In this document: in pieces, positions 26,255 to 37,475 of the stretch | How the letters are laid out: the number at the start of each line of letters is the position of its first letter | How positions within the stretch are numbered: the stretch's first letter is position 1 | Source of the DNA: Marsupella aquatica | Lineage: Eukaryota > Plantae > Marchantiophyta | DNA: 64,000 bases | NCBI GenBank assembly: GCA_973895155.1 | Contig: OZ316892.1 | Coordinates: 8,043,251-8,107,250 of the forward strand | Direction: 5' to 3' | The notes under the pieces: model-generated | Told to the model about the DNA's origin: nothing | What the model saw: only the letters and a program-made list of their open reading frames with translations | The model's database searches: none | Translations under genes and position numbers: made by a program

Positions 26255-26603
26255 CTCATATATTCTGATATCATCATCACCGTATCATTTGAACCAATCT
26301 TTCACCATGTTTGCATTTTTTGGAATCCCCCTTTTCTTATCCTTATATTATCGTCCTTATCTGATATCATCATCGTCTTGTCGTTTGAACCTTTCTTTTA
26401 CCATGTTTTCATTATTTGGATTCCCCTCTTGTTATGCTTATATTATCATCACCGTGTCATTTGAACTGTGCCTTCGTGATTGGATGCGCCTAGTGAACTT
26501 GTTGTGTCTTTGAACTGCGCTTTTGTGATTGGATGGGCCTAGTGAAATTGTTGTGTCATTTGAACTGTGCTTTCGTGATTGGATGGGCCTAGTGAAGTTG
26601 TTA
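26255..26603. repeat. Local tandem repeats: about 94 bp unit x2-3, then about 50 bp unit x3
   Basis: tatcatcatc..tttgaac recurs; tttgaactg(t/c)gc..gtgattggatg.gcctagtgaa.ttgtt occurs at about 26460, 26510 and 26560. Confidence 0.8.
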
Positions 26604-27459
26604 ACTGACTTCGCTCAAGATAATAGACTTTATTCATGGAAATTGTGTACTATTTCTTGAGTGACATACTCCCGACTGAAGAGAGTGAAGGGCCAGATCA
26701 GCTATATCTCAGGTGTGAGAGTTTCCAGTGTAACAGGTTGAAACAGCAGGCTAGTAAGTCCTTTTGCAACTCCAGACTGAGGTACCACATTGACTCATGG
26801 AGTTCCCAGTGCTTCGGTGAGGTCTTCTTTTAGGCGACCCCAGTTCAGTCAAGTCTATGACAATTTACAAAGGGGAGAAATGTTTTCATGAAGTGTCCTC
26901 CTCAAGGGCTGGTCTCTTGCCGAGAGTGCACTATCAAGAAGCACTTCGCGATTTCCAAGAGTTGGGAACATTCGCTTTCTATGAAGAGGTTCACGCACGC
27001 CTCTGGCAAATCGTTGTCCAGTATTTGGTCCATCCTGTCCCCGCTTCAGTTCACTACCTCTGAGCCGAAAGCACGAAATAGCCTTTGGTTAACCTCTTCT
27101 TCGTAGCAAACCGGGATTAATGATGCTCAAAACAAATGCCCAAAACAAACACAATTTTCATCCTGCGTGACACCAGTCGTTGGGCTAATAGTAGAGATCA
27201 TAGCAAATACTCACCGAGGAAGAGATCACCAATTATGTTTGTAGCAGTGTCCTCCACATCCGAACAACTGGACATAGATTGGACCACATCAATTTCGGCA
27301 GAACTGAGGACAAAGGTAGACTTAGATCAAGCCAAATAACAAAAACTGAAGCACCAGCGGAAAGGACAACTGCTCCACCCTAGCAAAAACCATTTTGAAG
27401 ACGCCATCAGCCTGTATCTGCAACTCAGACAATCAATTATATAGAAAAATTGTAAAATC

Positions 27460-28245
27460 ATCCTCTACCTGCACGGGAGAGATTCCCTAAAACGACCGTA
27501 AAACATCATCCTGTACAAGAATACCGGCTACACTCAGAACTTGCGAATGCAGGAGGATCGCATTAGCCCTGTCAACATCCCCATTTCATTTCACCTGCAT
27601 GACAAGGTCACTTCCTAATATACCCCTCGGAGAGAACTAACCTGCAGCTTTCTCAACCTTGGGTATTCAGGCAGGAGATAACTAGCCCCTGTCCGTCAAC
27701 ATAATCATTCCTTTCAACCTGCACGACACAATCACGCCCTCTACATCTCCGAAAATGATATATTCTGAGCTGTCCTAGCTTTGAGGAGAATCATAATCTA
27801 GCCTGCTAAGATGCCCTTCCACCTGCACGACGACAATGTCACACTAGCTACTAGGTCCTCCAGAGAGGCGAAAATGTGCTGAGGTGTCCTTGAATCTTCA
27901 AATGTGGGATCAAACTAGGCACTGCCAATATCTTCATTCGACCTGCACAACATGGTCACACTCCCTGCTGACATGCAATGTCTGTCCTCGATCCGTCCTG
28001 CAAGTGTAAATTAAACTAGTCCCTGTCAACATCCCCCTGCACCTGCACGACAGGATCACATTCCCCTACTACATGCTCCAGAAAGGGTCAACTCTGCAGC
28101 CGTAAAACACGTTCATCCGCGTCCATTTTTTAAACCATTGGAATTGCCCACCACCCTCCACCTGTACAAAAGTATCATGTTAGAACCGAGAGCCCAGAGA
28201 TTCCTGCCGGGAGAGAATCGAACACCTGAAACACCTGCACCCATC
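27460..28245 (-). repeat. Degenerate 100-125 bp tandem repeat downstream of U2AF35, each unit carrying a (G/A)TGCAG|GT motif on the minus strand
   Basis: Plus-strand acctgca(c/t) at 27467, 27593, 27717, 27821, 27941, 28041 and 28233, acctgtac at 28160 and acctgcag at 27640. Several units share the flanks ctagccctgtcaacat and gaca...tcac. Confidence 0.8.
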
Positions 28246-28880
28246 TCAACACGTTCTGTAAACCCAATCACCCAGCCCGCCATCACTCCCCCTAAGAACC
28301 CTGCTAAACAGAAGCATTAACCAACGAGGCCTTGTCAAAGTAGAGAGAAGGCCAAGGCCTAGAATTCGATGCAACAACCCTTCTTTCCCTGGCTGGCACA
28401 TTCCAAATTTGCCTTGCGCAGCGTCCTCAATTTTGGATGATTGATAGTGCAGAGGCTTGCGTGGGCAACACGTCGTTGGTCTACACTAGCCACCAGTCTT
28501 CAGCTGTAAAGCTGTTTGGTCCACCATACAGCTCTTATGAGAAAAATTGCTCACAAGTTTCAACAAACTGACACTCACTGCGTACCGCCCTTTATGGCAG
28601 TACTACCTTTTCATTGTTAGAATCTAGGACCAGCGTTCCATTCGGCCCCAAATTGGCTCTTAAGTACCTCAACCTTCCAAGATCTGTGGAGATCATCGAA
28701 GCTGACCAATGAACAGCCCTTCAATCTGCGAGAATTTAAGTGGCCTAAATTGGGGCATAATGGAACTCTGCCTTAAGCAGCTAAGCAACACAAAATAGCA
28801 GAAAAGAAATCATTAGGGGTTTAGTAATGAGTGCAGCGTCGTCAACCTGCACACAAGCCACACCTCCATTCATTCTCCTT

Positions 28881-29945
28881 TCAGTAGTCATGCTCTTCAC
28901 CAATGTATTGGGCTGGGGGACCACCATTGGAAACACCATTGTAGGCCCCCGTTGCCCCTCTCCCACCACCACCACCGCTGTTCGTCTTCGGTTGCTCCTC
29001 CCGCTCTCTATTCCATTGCTCAATCTTGGCCCTCCGCTCTGCGCTCCCTTCCCTACCGCCATTCGGTTGTTCCCGCTGCCTGTTCCACTGCTCTATCCTA
29101 GCCCTCCTCTCCGCACTGCCCTCCCGAACTGCGCTCCGATCCCTACCTCGGTATCCTGGGCTCCGACTCCTGCTCCGATACCTACGCCTCACAGGACTAT
29201 CACCCTTGTCCCCTCTCCTGTAAGACCGCCCATAACGATCATCGTCACGATCATATCTTCGGTCGTATCCTCTCCCATCCCTTGACCGATATAGCCGCTC
29301 ATCATAATCCTTGTGGTGCCTGGCGACGTCTCTCCTGGGGGTGAGGGAGCGACTCCGGCTCCTCGTGCCGCTCCGACGTTTGTAGGAGCCGAATAGCTTC
29401 CGCCTCAACTCTCTGGAAATTTTCTTCAGGTGCATGAAATTGCAGTATCCGCCTCGGTTACAAGTGTTCTCCTCGTACTGCCTACAGGTTGCCTCACGGA
29501 AGTCGGTGACAGGGGAGAAATCAGCTATGATTGGGCGGCCGGCGTAAAATCGCCCCGTGAGCGCCTGCAGCGCGGCGCCGGCCTGCTCCTCCTCTTGGAA
29601 TTGGACATAAACGTTGCCAACCATGTGGTCCGCGAGGTTGTCGCACACGTTGAGGGATTCCAGCTCGCCATACTTGCCGAGCTCCTCATAGATGTCCTCG
29701 TAGAAATCCTCGAAGTGCTCCTGGATGCGGCGCGGGTCCATGTTCTGGCCGTTCGGGTCTAGGCCCGGTGTCGCCATGTCCGGGCGCTGGTACATGTTGG
29801 AAAGGAGCAGCGTGGGGCTGATTGTCGGACGGTTGTGCAACCGCGAGCACCTGTCGCCATGCCTGCACGCTCCGATCTTGAAGTAGAACGGACAATTCAC
29901 CCGGTCTTTTTCTGTGCCAAAGATGGAAGCTAGATGTTCCGCCAT
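28881..29945 (-). CDS. U2AF35: U2 snRNP auxiliary factor small subunit (CCCH-UHM-CCCH-RS), intronless CDS
   Basis: [40 protein letters not shown] with [16 protein letters not shown], second finger [21 protein letters not shown] tract and the plant C-terminal [14 protein letters not shown] motif. Confidence 0.99.
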   Translation of the reverse strand: MAEHLASIFGTEKDRVNCPFYFKIGACRHGDRCSRLHNRPTISPTLLLSNMYQRPDMATPGLDPNGQNMDPRRIQEHFEDFYEDIYEELGKYGELESLNVCDNLADHMVGNVYVQFQEEEQAGAALQALTGRFYAGRPIIADFSPVTDFREATCRQYEENTCNRGGYCNFMHLKKISRELRRKLFGSYKRRSGTRSRSRSLTPRRDVARHHKDYDERLYRSRDGRGYDRRYDRDDDRYGRSYRRGDKGDSPVRRRYRSRSRSPGYRGRDRSAVREGSAERRARIEQWNRQREQPNGGREGSAERRAKIEQWNREREEQPKTNSGGGGGRGATGAYNGVSNGGPPAQYIGEEHDY

Positions 29946-31185
29946 TCCATCACCCTACCTAGAACCCCCGCACTTGCTTCTCTTCCCCTCACCTTTCCCT
30001 CTCTGTCCTCTTCACCTTCTCGCTTCCTTCTTTTCGCTTCTCTACTCCACTCCACTCCACTCCACTCCACTCCCTCTCTTCTCCACAAGCCCCGCCTGAA
30101 GGAGTCGATCAAATTCCCTGAAAATTTGACAATCGAAACGCACAACAAACCCTAAACGCCTCAAGCTCTCTCCAACGAACGAATTACCGGAATTCGAATC
30201 GAGCGAGAAACTCAGAGGTTTCCGCTCGACCAGAAATCAAGAAGTCGAGTGAATCGTTTCGCCTCGAACACCTTCAAAAGTCGAGATCGAGAGAGAGAAA
30301 AAGAGAAATGTACGTGAGCAAAGACTTCTTCTGTCCCACTTTCCGACGAGAGGAAGTCCTGTTGTTTGACACCGAAGAAACACGAGGAGCGAATGGAGTT
30401 TTCCAGAGGTTTCGATTTGCCAAAAGCTGCGAACTAAGAATCGATCAGAAGCGAAAGAGAGCGGGAGATCAATTTGTAGTCCGAGAGAGAGAGCGGGAGA
30501 GAAACATACAGGGCCGTAGATCTGTCATCGGGAGACGGTCGATTATTGGTGCACGTGTTCGACAATCAGTGCGGCAAAAAGACTTATTAGGGCCGTCTTG
30601 CATGTGAGACGTCCTTTGTGTTCCGGCCCTTAAATGAACCCGTGTCATTTCCCAATAGGGGGTCTCAAATATCGGCCCGGGACATTTTAGCGGCCGGCCG
30701 AGTTAGGTTCGGGCGGACGCGGCTGAAAAGTGTGCGGCACACCCTTAGCCTAGCCCGCACACACCTCCCGCGGCGATTTACCGTTGCCCGGGACTGATAC
30801 TTTGAAACGGTCGACTGGCCGTAATTTTGAACTAAAGTTGCATCTCGCGACTTTCTTCTCCAACGTCGGGCCATCCTCACAGAAGGACGACCACCATAGC
30901 TTGTGCTGCGACTATGCACAGATACAAGGGAGCTTGGCGACGCGAGTGTGTCATCGCCTTGATTCTCAACATTCATCGGTAGGAGTGGTGATTGCGCAAG
31001 CTTGCGTACGTGGAAGAAGAAACCAAATCCACAACTCAGTGGGCCTCTCGTGACATCAAATTTGGTGAGTTCATATTTCCATTGCGGTGTAGTTGAAAGC
31101 CACTAGCACTGGATTCCAATTCTCAACGAGAATACATGTGAAGGGCCGGCATGTCTGAGTTCAATTTTTGTTTTCACAGGAAGAT

Positions 31186-31844
31186 ATGGGAGAGTGGACC
31201 TGTCTCTCTGAGGTCGATGATAGTATGGACAGAGGCGACAACTCGACCTTCCCTCCCGCATTAGTGTGGCTAATCAACTACATTGCTCCTAATCCGTATC
31301 CTCGCAAATTTGTGTACAATGCCTGCTCGCATAGACTATCAAACGGTAGGATTTGTCCAAATCCTTGGAATTTGGGCCCTGTTCCACGCATACTTCCGGC
31401 CCTCTGCTGAAGTTTAGGTTTAAGGTCATCATATTTGATGCCATCCATGGAGGCATGCCCCCTCTCCATGTCAACCTATGGGATGATGCATCGGTGCTCC
31501 TTGGATGCAATGCCGAGGAATTTAGTACTTGTACTGAGAGACAACAAATTGCTTATTTGGATGCGCTCATGCAAAGCACTCCGAGAGCAAAGGTGCTTTT
31601 GAGAACTACGGACAAGGGAATCACAATACAGCATTTGACTTTGTTGAATGCTCCGCAAATCCCTATGCCTATTATGTTACACTGTTGCGGGAGTCCAGAA
31701 TCTGGAAGTAGTTCTTACCAGACACCGACTAAAAGCAAGTGTACTCCTACAAAAACAGGCACTTCTACTCGGGGTTCTACTAAGAAATTGTTGGAGGAGC
31801 TCTGCAAGGCTATTAGGAGTGTAGATTTAGGTGATGAGGACTAG
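31186..31844 (+). pseudogene. RPA70 C-terminal-like OB-fold / zinc-ribbon protein inside the inner Harbinger, 1 nt frameshift near 31356
   Basis: Joining frames gives FVYNACSHRLSNGRIC/SKSLEFGPCSTH..LKFRFKVIIFD..LHVNLWDDASVLLGCNAEEF. This resembles the Rep_fac-A_C pattern YxAC..CxK..C..RF...I.D....LLGxxAxE. An acceptor ttttcacag precedes the ATG. Confidence 0.6.
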
Positions 31845-32031
31845 CTTTCATTCAGGGCGTAGGACTAACAGTTCTGTGTACTACTATAGGTTCTGTGATA
31901 TATGTATCCACGATCATGATATATTTCAAATGAAAATCACCTTTTCCAGTTCTGATTGTAATTGCGTATGTTGAAAGAGTGTTGGATGTGCTCCCTTGCA
32001 GTGTCGGGGTGAAAATTGCCATTCTCAAATC

Positions 32032-33517
32032 ATGCCAAAGGTCTCAAATCGCCAACAATGTCTGAAATGGGCTCGAGAACAACTTTATTTGAGTATCATG
32101 ATGGAAAGCTCTACTGACAATGATGGCATGAGTGGGTCCTCTGATTCCTCCTCTCAGAGTAGTGGCTTCATCACCTCAAATAGTGATATTGCTGATGCTG
32201 ACTCATCTTCAGATTCAGATGATGGAATAACAAGTGATCCCACTTATCTGAATGCAAAACCATCCCAGTGGCTGGACTTGTATGCTCTGTTGGATAGCGA
32301 GAGGTACTATGAGAAAAGATCTAAAACTCCTCGAGCTAAGGAATTTGCTGACATATTTTTTCAAACAATCCTCCCCCAGAGTGACTTCCGGCAAATTTGT
32401 AGGATGGATAAAGACGCTTTTTTTGGCCTCCTGGCCTTGATTGAATTGAATCCTATTTTCTTGAACAATTCACATCATCAACAGGCCCCAGTCTCACTTC
32501 AACTAGCCACCTGTTTAGATAGGTTGGGACATACAGGAAATGGAGTTTGTTTGAAGAGAACTCTGCTTCTTTGGGGTGTCAGTATTGGATCCTGTGTGAA
32601 CTACACAAGTAGATGCATCACTGCCTTGGAGTGTGCCCTTACTGATTTGCTCAAATGGCCGGATAGGATTGAGCGAAGTCAGATATCACAGGAATTTTCA
32701 AAGAAGGGCTTCCATGGGTGCGTAGGCCTGATTGACGGTACTACCCTGCCATTGACACAACGTCCTAAAAATCACGGGGAGTGTTACTTTGACAGGAAAT
32801 CAAGATACTCCATCAATGCACAGGTAGTTTGCGACCATAAGAGAAAAATAACTTACCTCAGCGCAGGTGAGGACCATTATTGTTTTCTTTGCATGATTTA
32901 TGTATTACTCTAAATTTATGAATTGTAACTTGCTCATGTTTTGAAGTGCAATGACAGGAATGTCGGGGTCTTGTTCAGACATCACAGTCTTGAAGAGGAA
33001 CATCCTTTGGCAGAAAATTCATGGAAACTCTGCATTTGATGAAGGCCAGTATCTCATTGGGGATTCAGGTTATGTGAATGCACCTCACATGGTGGCAGCT
33101 TACAAAAATACATTTGGACAGAAGGACAAAGAGGATTGGAATACATGTATTGCAAAGACTAGATATGTGAACGAGCATTGCATCGGGGTTCTCAAATCGC
33201 GTTGGTTTTCTTTGAAAGAGATACGCACACAGCTTAATGGGAAAAAGGATAATGTGTGGATGTGCCGTTGGATTCGTGCGTGTGCGCTACTGCACAACTA
33301 TGTTTTAGGACAAAGGGATGAGTGGACAGAAGCTGAAATGTCTGCATGGCCACCTGGCCCTCCTGAAGAGGATGATAGACATGTAGGCGGAAACATACAT
33401 TCTGACATTGTCAGGAGTAGGAGGGCAAGAGCAGCTGGTACAAGGTTACAGAGGGCAGTCATGGCTCGTGTGTTGCAGCTGAACAGGCAGCCAGGTGGAT
33501 CCTTGTGGGAGGCCTGA
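32032..33517 (+). CDS. Harbinger DDE transposase (DDE_Tnp_4/HARBI1-like) of the inner element; intron 32867-32957
   Basis: FRQICRMDKDAF, QAPVSLQLATCLDRLG and the triad GLIDGT / LIGDSGY / YVNEHCIG..LKSRW, then ACALLHN. The GT-AG intron restores the frame (SAGMSGSCSD). Confidence 0.93.
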
Positions 33518-33984
33518 CTACGCAAGTCTCAAATTTGCAGAGTGGGTACATATTTGCAAATTAAATAATAGAATAGTGCTCAGTGACAGCAAGATGACTA
33601 TGCAAGGTGACCTAAGTGTCGTTTGTAAATGTATTACCACTTTCAAATAAAGTCGATCATTATATTTACGCAAAATAATAATGATCAAATCCTACATTTG
33701 ATTCTCATTGCTCAAAAATTGCACATGTACATTCTACGTTCACGTCTACTACCACTACTTCTTGGTGCAACGAACATGAATAGCTACTTAGCCACATGCT
33801 TCTTTGTAGCCCGCTTATGAGTGCCTTCACTGTCGACGCCTTCGCTGCTCTCGTCACGGCTGCGTTTCGGCTGAGTTGGGACGTTGCTGCCATGGTCGTA
33901 AATTCCCTCTCTTATAGTAGTAAGTACTACATATTTCTTTCTTCCTGTTCACCTAGTAAAGCCTCTAAAGAACTCTAGCCAATG

Positions 33985-35540
33985 TTACTCCTGGTCTCCA
34001 TCATCAACAGGTGGTCCTGAGTCGGTGGACATGGTACATTCTACCATTCTCATCAATCTACTAATCTCTCCCTCTGATTTGCCGCTCTTGAACAAATCAG
34101 ACATCAGTTGTCCACGCAAGGTGATTTGTGCCATCATCATTTGGTGGTGTTGGTCCATTCGCATTCGCTTTTCAGCTTGTGTTGCACTGAACTGTTCAAG
34201 CTTCATCTTGTGATTCCTATCTAACTTGTCTTTCTTCGATGAGTCAACCCGTGCTTTGCGTCTGTCTTCAATCTCATCTTTCTTCCACTGATTTTTGTTG
34301 CCAATGAGCTCTTTTCTGAAGAGTGCCTTCTCCCTTTTCTGGTCTGCATACATTGCTGCCAAGCTCCCTTTTGAAGTAGCAGATCCCTCTCCATTTGCTT
34401 TAAGTCTTGTTGGAGCTGCCTTGTCATTCCCCCTCGGCGTAGACTGTGCTCGAACTGGTCCTTGCGGTGCAGATGCAGAAGGGATTTGGTGTGTCCCAAA
34501 TTGTGTAGGTCTGGATCCACCTTCACTGTTGGGGGGGGTCCGAATTGGAGCTTGTTGGGGGGCATTGGTTGTCCGAATGTCTTCGGTCCCTCCCCTAGAG
34601 GGCTCAAAATGCTCTGGAACAGGAGTAGGAGGCTGTTCATCGACACCACAATGAACAGATTCGTTCTCCACATCCGGTGGAGAATCTGCAAATAACAAAA
34701 GGGGATGTAAATGAACATATATGCACATAACAGACGATTGAATACATCAAAAGTAGGAGACAGTTTGTGGATTTAATTACCTGCCATTAGCCAAGTTGGA
34801 GAACCTGGTTCTTCTCCACCATCAGGGACTTCATTATCGCTCTCCTCAACAGGGTCTTCAGTCTCCTCTGGAGACTCAGTGATCCCACATCCTCCAAAAC
34901 CGTGGTCTACCATTCCAGGAGGTTGAACGTTGGCACGCTCCCCACATATTGCATGCATGCGATCAAACAGCGGACACATTTTGTCCAGTTTTTGATCGAT
35001 AGTAAGACCACATTGGAATTCCTCCTCTGTGAGGCCCCCACCGGAAGAGTTCTTCAACAACAAAGCCTTCTTGTACATATCCTGATACCTCCCGAATCTT
35101 TTAGCAAGATTTGCCCCATCCATCTTTGGAAAATCGTAATGAGCCAACACTGCAGCCATTGAGGTAAAGACCGATTTCTTGGATTGATAGCGATTACCCG
35201 GCCTGGTTTTTCTTCCAGCCCCGAAGATGGCATTGTAATTATCTTGGACCTCAAGATAATCGATAATCAGGGCATAATCCTTTCGAGTTAGTTTTGTGGT
35301 CACAGCTGCGGTACCTCCGACACCTCGTCTACTTCCTGACATGCCTTGTCGTGATAGTCCTGCCTCCCGTGCTGGATGGAATGCACGATTGCCTTGTGCA
35401 GCGACTTCTTGCTCAGATGGCCCAGGGACCAGAGTGCATGGAGGTATGAAACCGCGTCCACTCGTACCAGACCTTTGTGCCATTTCAGAAGACATGTCCT
35501 GCACACCAATTGCATCCTCTACAGGGATTTGCATCTCCAT
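33985..35540 (-). CDS. Harbinger partner (putative Myb/SANT-like DNA-binding) protein of the inner element; intron 34686-34780
   Basis: Long open frames convergent with the transposase: LIIDYLE..NYNAIFG, YKKA..SSGGGLTEEE..KLDKMCPLFDRMHAICGERANVQP, and a coiled C-terminus. The GT-AG intron joins the frames. Confidence 0.75.
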
Positions 35541-37475
35541 GTCTCCCAGTCTCGCCTCCCACCAAAAGCTCAATTTCAAACTTTGAGTTAAACGCCTAAA
35601 GATCTTCGCGCGATGGTCCTTAACATTCAAAATCACTCTGCATCCGGGCCGTCTCAGTATTGGGCACCATCTGTCAAAGTTCGGCCGCAGCCGGTTCCTT
35701 TAACCGGAACTCACACTTTACGGGCCTAAAAAAATTGGGTCACAAAAGAAAGGTGGTGCCGGTAAACTTGCCCGTGACACTCATAACGGACGCGTCTGAC
35801 CTCCCGGGAAATAATGTCCTGGGCCGATATTTGAGACCCCTAATGAAGCGACATGCCGGCAGTCTTGACGGCGTCTTTGGAGGGTATGCAAGGGCAAGGG
35901 CCGGAAAATTTTCGGCCCTTGAGGTCCCGACCTTTCAATTTTGAATAAAACAAAAGCCCAGAGTATACACGTGTTGGACACCGACATCTCGATGAATTTA
36001 CCGTGCACCTGCTCCCTACTCCTGGTGTTCGCCCTGCAAACACCACTGCCCCCTGCATATGGTAGTCGAGAAATGTCTCACCTAGACAGACACGCGAATC
36101 CACAGACCGCCTGGTGCAAATTGAAAGAGAAGAACGCAAACAATTGAAGGCTGCAAAGGAATGAAGATGTGAATTGAATCTTGGGAAGGCTTGAGCACTG
36201 GTGATGAACAATTCATAAGAGGCAAGAAGCACCAGCCATTGTACGTGGTTCTACCCGGTGCAGGATAGTGTCTGGAAATCATCATCAATCGATCCAGGAG
36301 CCAACAATTTGCCAATCGATCAAGGAAGCGAGGTTTGCAAATCCTTTTGTTGCTATCATGTATACAAAGCTCCGCATTTCAACATTGTATTCAATTGTGC
36401 CTTGACATTCAATTCATCAGTGACATTCAATTCATCAGTGACATTCAATTCAATCCTGCTTTCCGATCGATAGTGTGCACTACTGTCTAATCTAGAAAAG
36501 CTGGGTCGGGGCAGACAAATTAAACATTTCTTGTTCAATTGTTGACGTTTGTGATAGCATGCCTGCCAAGTCTGAACGCTAGCAAAGCGCTGCCGCTGAT
36601 GCTCCAATGGTGGCTACATTAGGTGAAACTTCCTGCCATTACCATCTCAATCTCCTTCACGGTACAACAATAGGCTGGTGCCTGCAATTTCTACTAGAGT
36701 GCATTGCTTTATGAGCAGTGCATACATGGATAATGAGCTCCTGCCCCCAACATGGATAGTGAGCTAGCTCCTATTCCCGTACCCTCGTTTCTCTTGCTGC
36801 CGAAAGTAGAATCATTATAAGACAACCAGAAGTTTTCGAAGACACCTCTGTAAAGCTGCATTTTTGAAAACCTGATCCTTGTAAAGTTACTACGTAAATG
36901 CCAAATCAACTCATTTCCGTGGAGATCGAGTCCTCGATCTAGAGTTCACTGCCTTTTCATTCTAACTGTAGACTGCTTCGGGGGTCCAATAGTCCACTGC
37001 CTTTTCATTCATACCATGAACTGCTTCGGGTCACTGAATAGTCCACTAGCTGCCTCTGAATACTCCCGGCTAAGACCAGAACCCCGACTATACTCTCTAG
37101 TCGTTTATACACAAGGAGAGTGTAAATAATCCAAACTTTAACATTACCATAAAAACTGGCCATGTACTACAGGAGTGCCCATTTGTAGTTCGAAACTGAC
37201 AAGGAGGCCATGACGAGCAAGTGCACAACTCTAGATTGTCACTACTCTATTTTCTTTGTTGTAGCTCAAGATGTGCTCTAATTATGAGTCATATGTACTA
37301 ACTTCGTACATACTGCACTAATTAGTACTTGTATGCACCAACCTTGGACATACCAAGCAAGCCATATATATTATTCATGCATACTTTAGTGTCAAATTGG
37401 GTGTGAATTCCTTTCAGGGTCAGGTTTGGGAATTTGTATGTTGGCTTCTACATATTGCTTTTTGGCTTTTTTCAG

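Larger units (their letters stand above)
30659..35840. mobile_element. Inner PIF/Harbinger DNA transposon (5182 bp) with three genes
   Basis: 28 bp TIR GGGGTCTCAAATATCGGCCC(G/A)GGACATT (30659-30686 and 35813-35840, 1 mismatch). Flanks TAG/TAA fit a TAA target with one substitution. Convergent transposase and partner genes. Confidence 0.92.

Noticed and set aside
27460-28245. Repeat array as a snoRNA or tRNA cluster
   Set aside because: No consistent C/D boxes, H/ACA boxes or cloverleaf structures are visible in the units.
28881-29945. Intronless U2AF35 as a retrogene or novelty
   Set aside because: As far as I recall, an intronless CDS is usual for plant U2AF35 genes, and the ORF is intact.
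13525-29945. RNL and U2AF35 as a functional RNA-processing gene cluster
   Set aside because: Adjacency of two housekeeping genes in a eukaryote is not evidence of co-function without synteny data.
28827-30155. Plus-strand Pro/Leu/Ser-rich ORFs
   Set aside because: They are antisense shadows of the U2AF35 CDS and its CT-rich leader.
35646-35665. gggccgtctc resembling the outer TIR start
   Set aside because: Only 9 bp match, with no TTA/TAA flank and no partner; the true TIR pairs are identified elsewhere.
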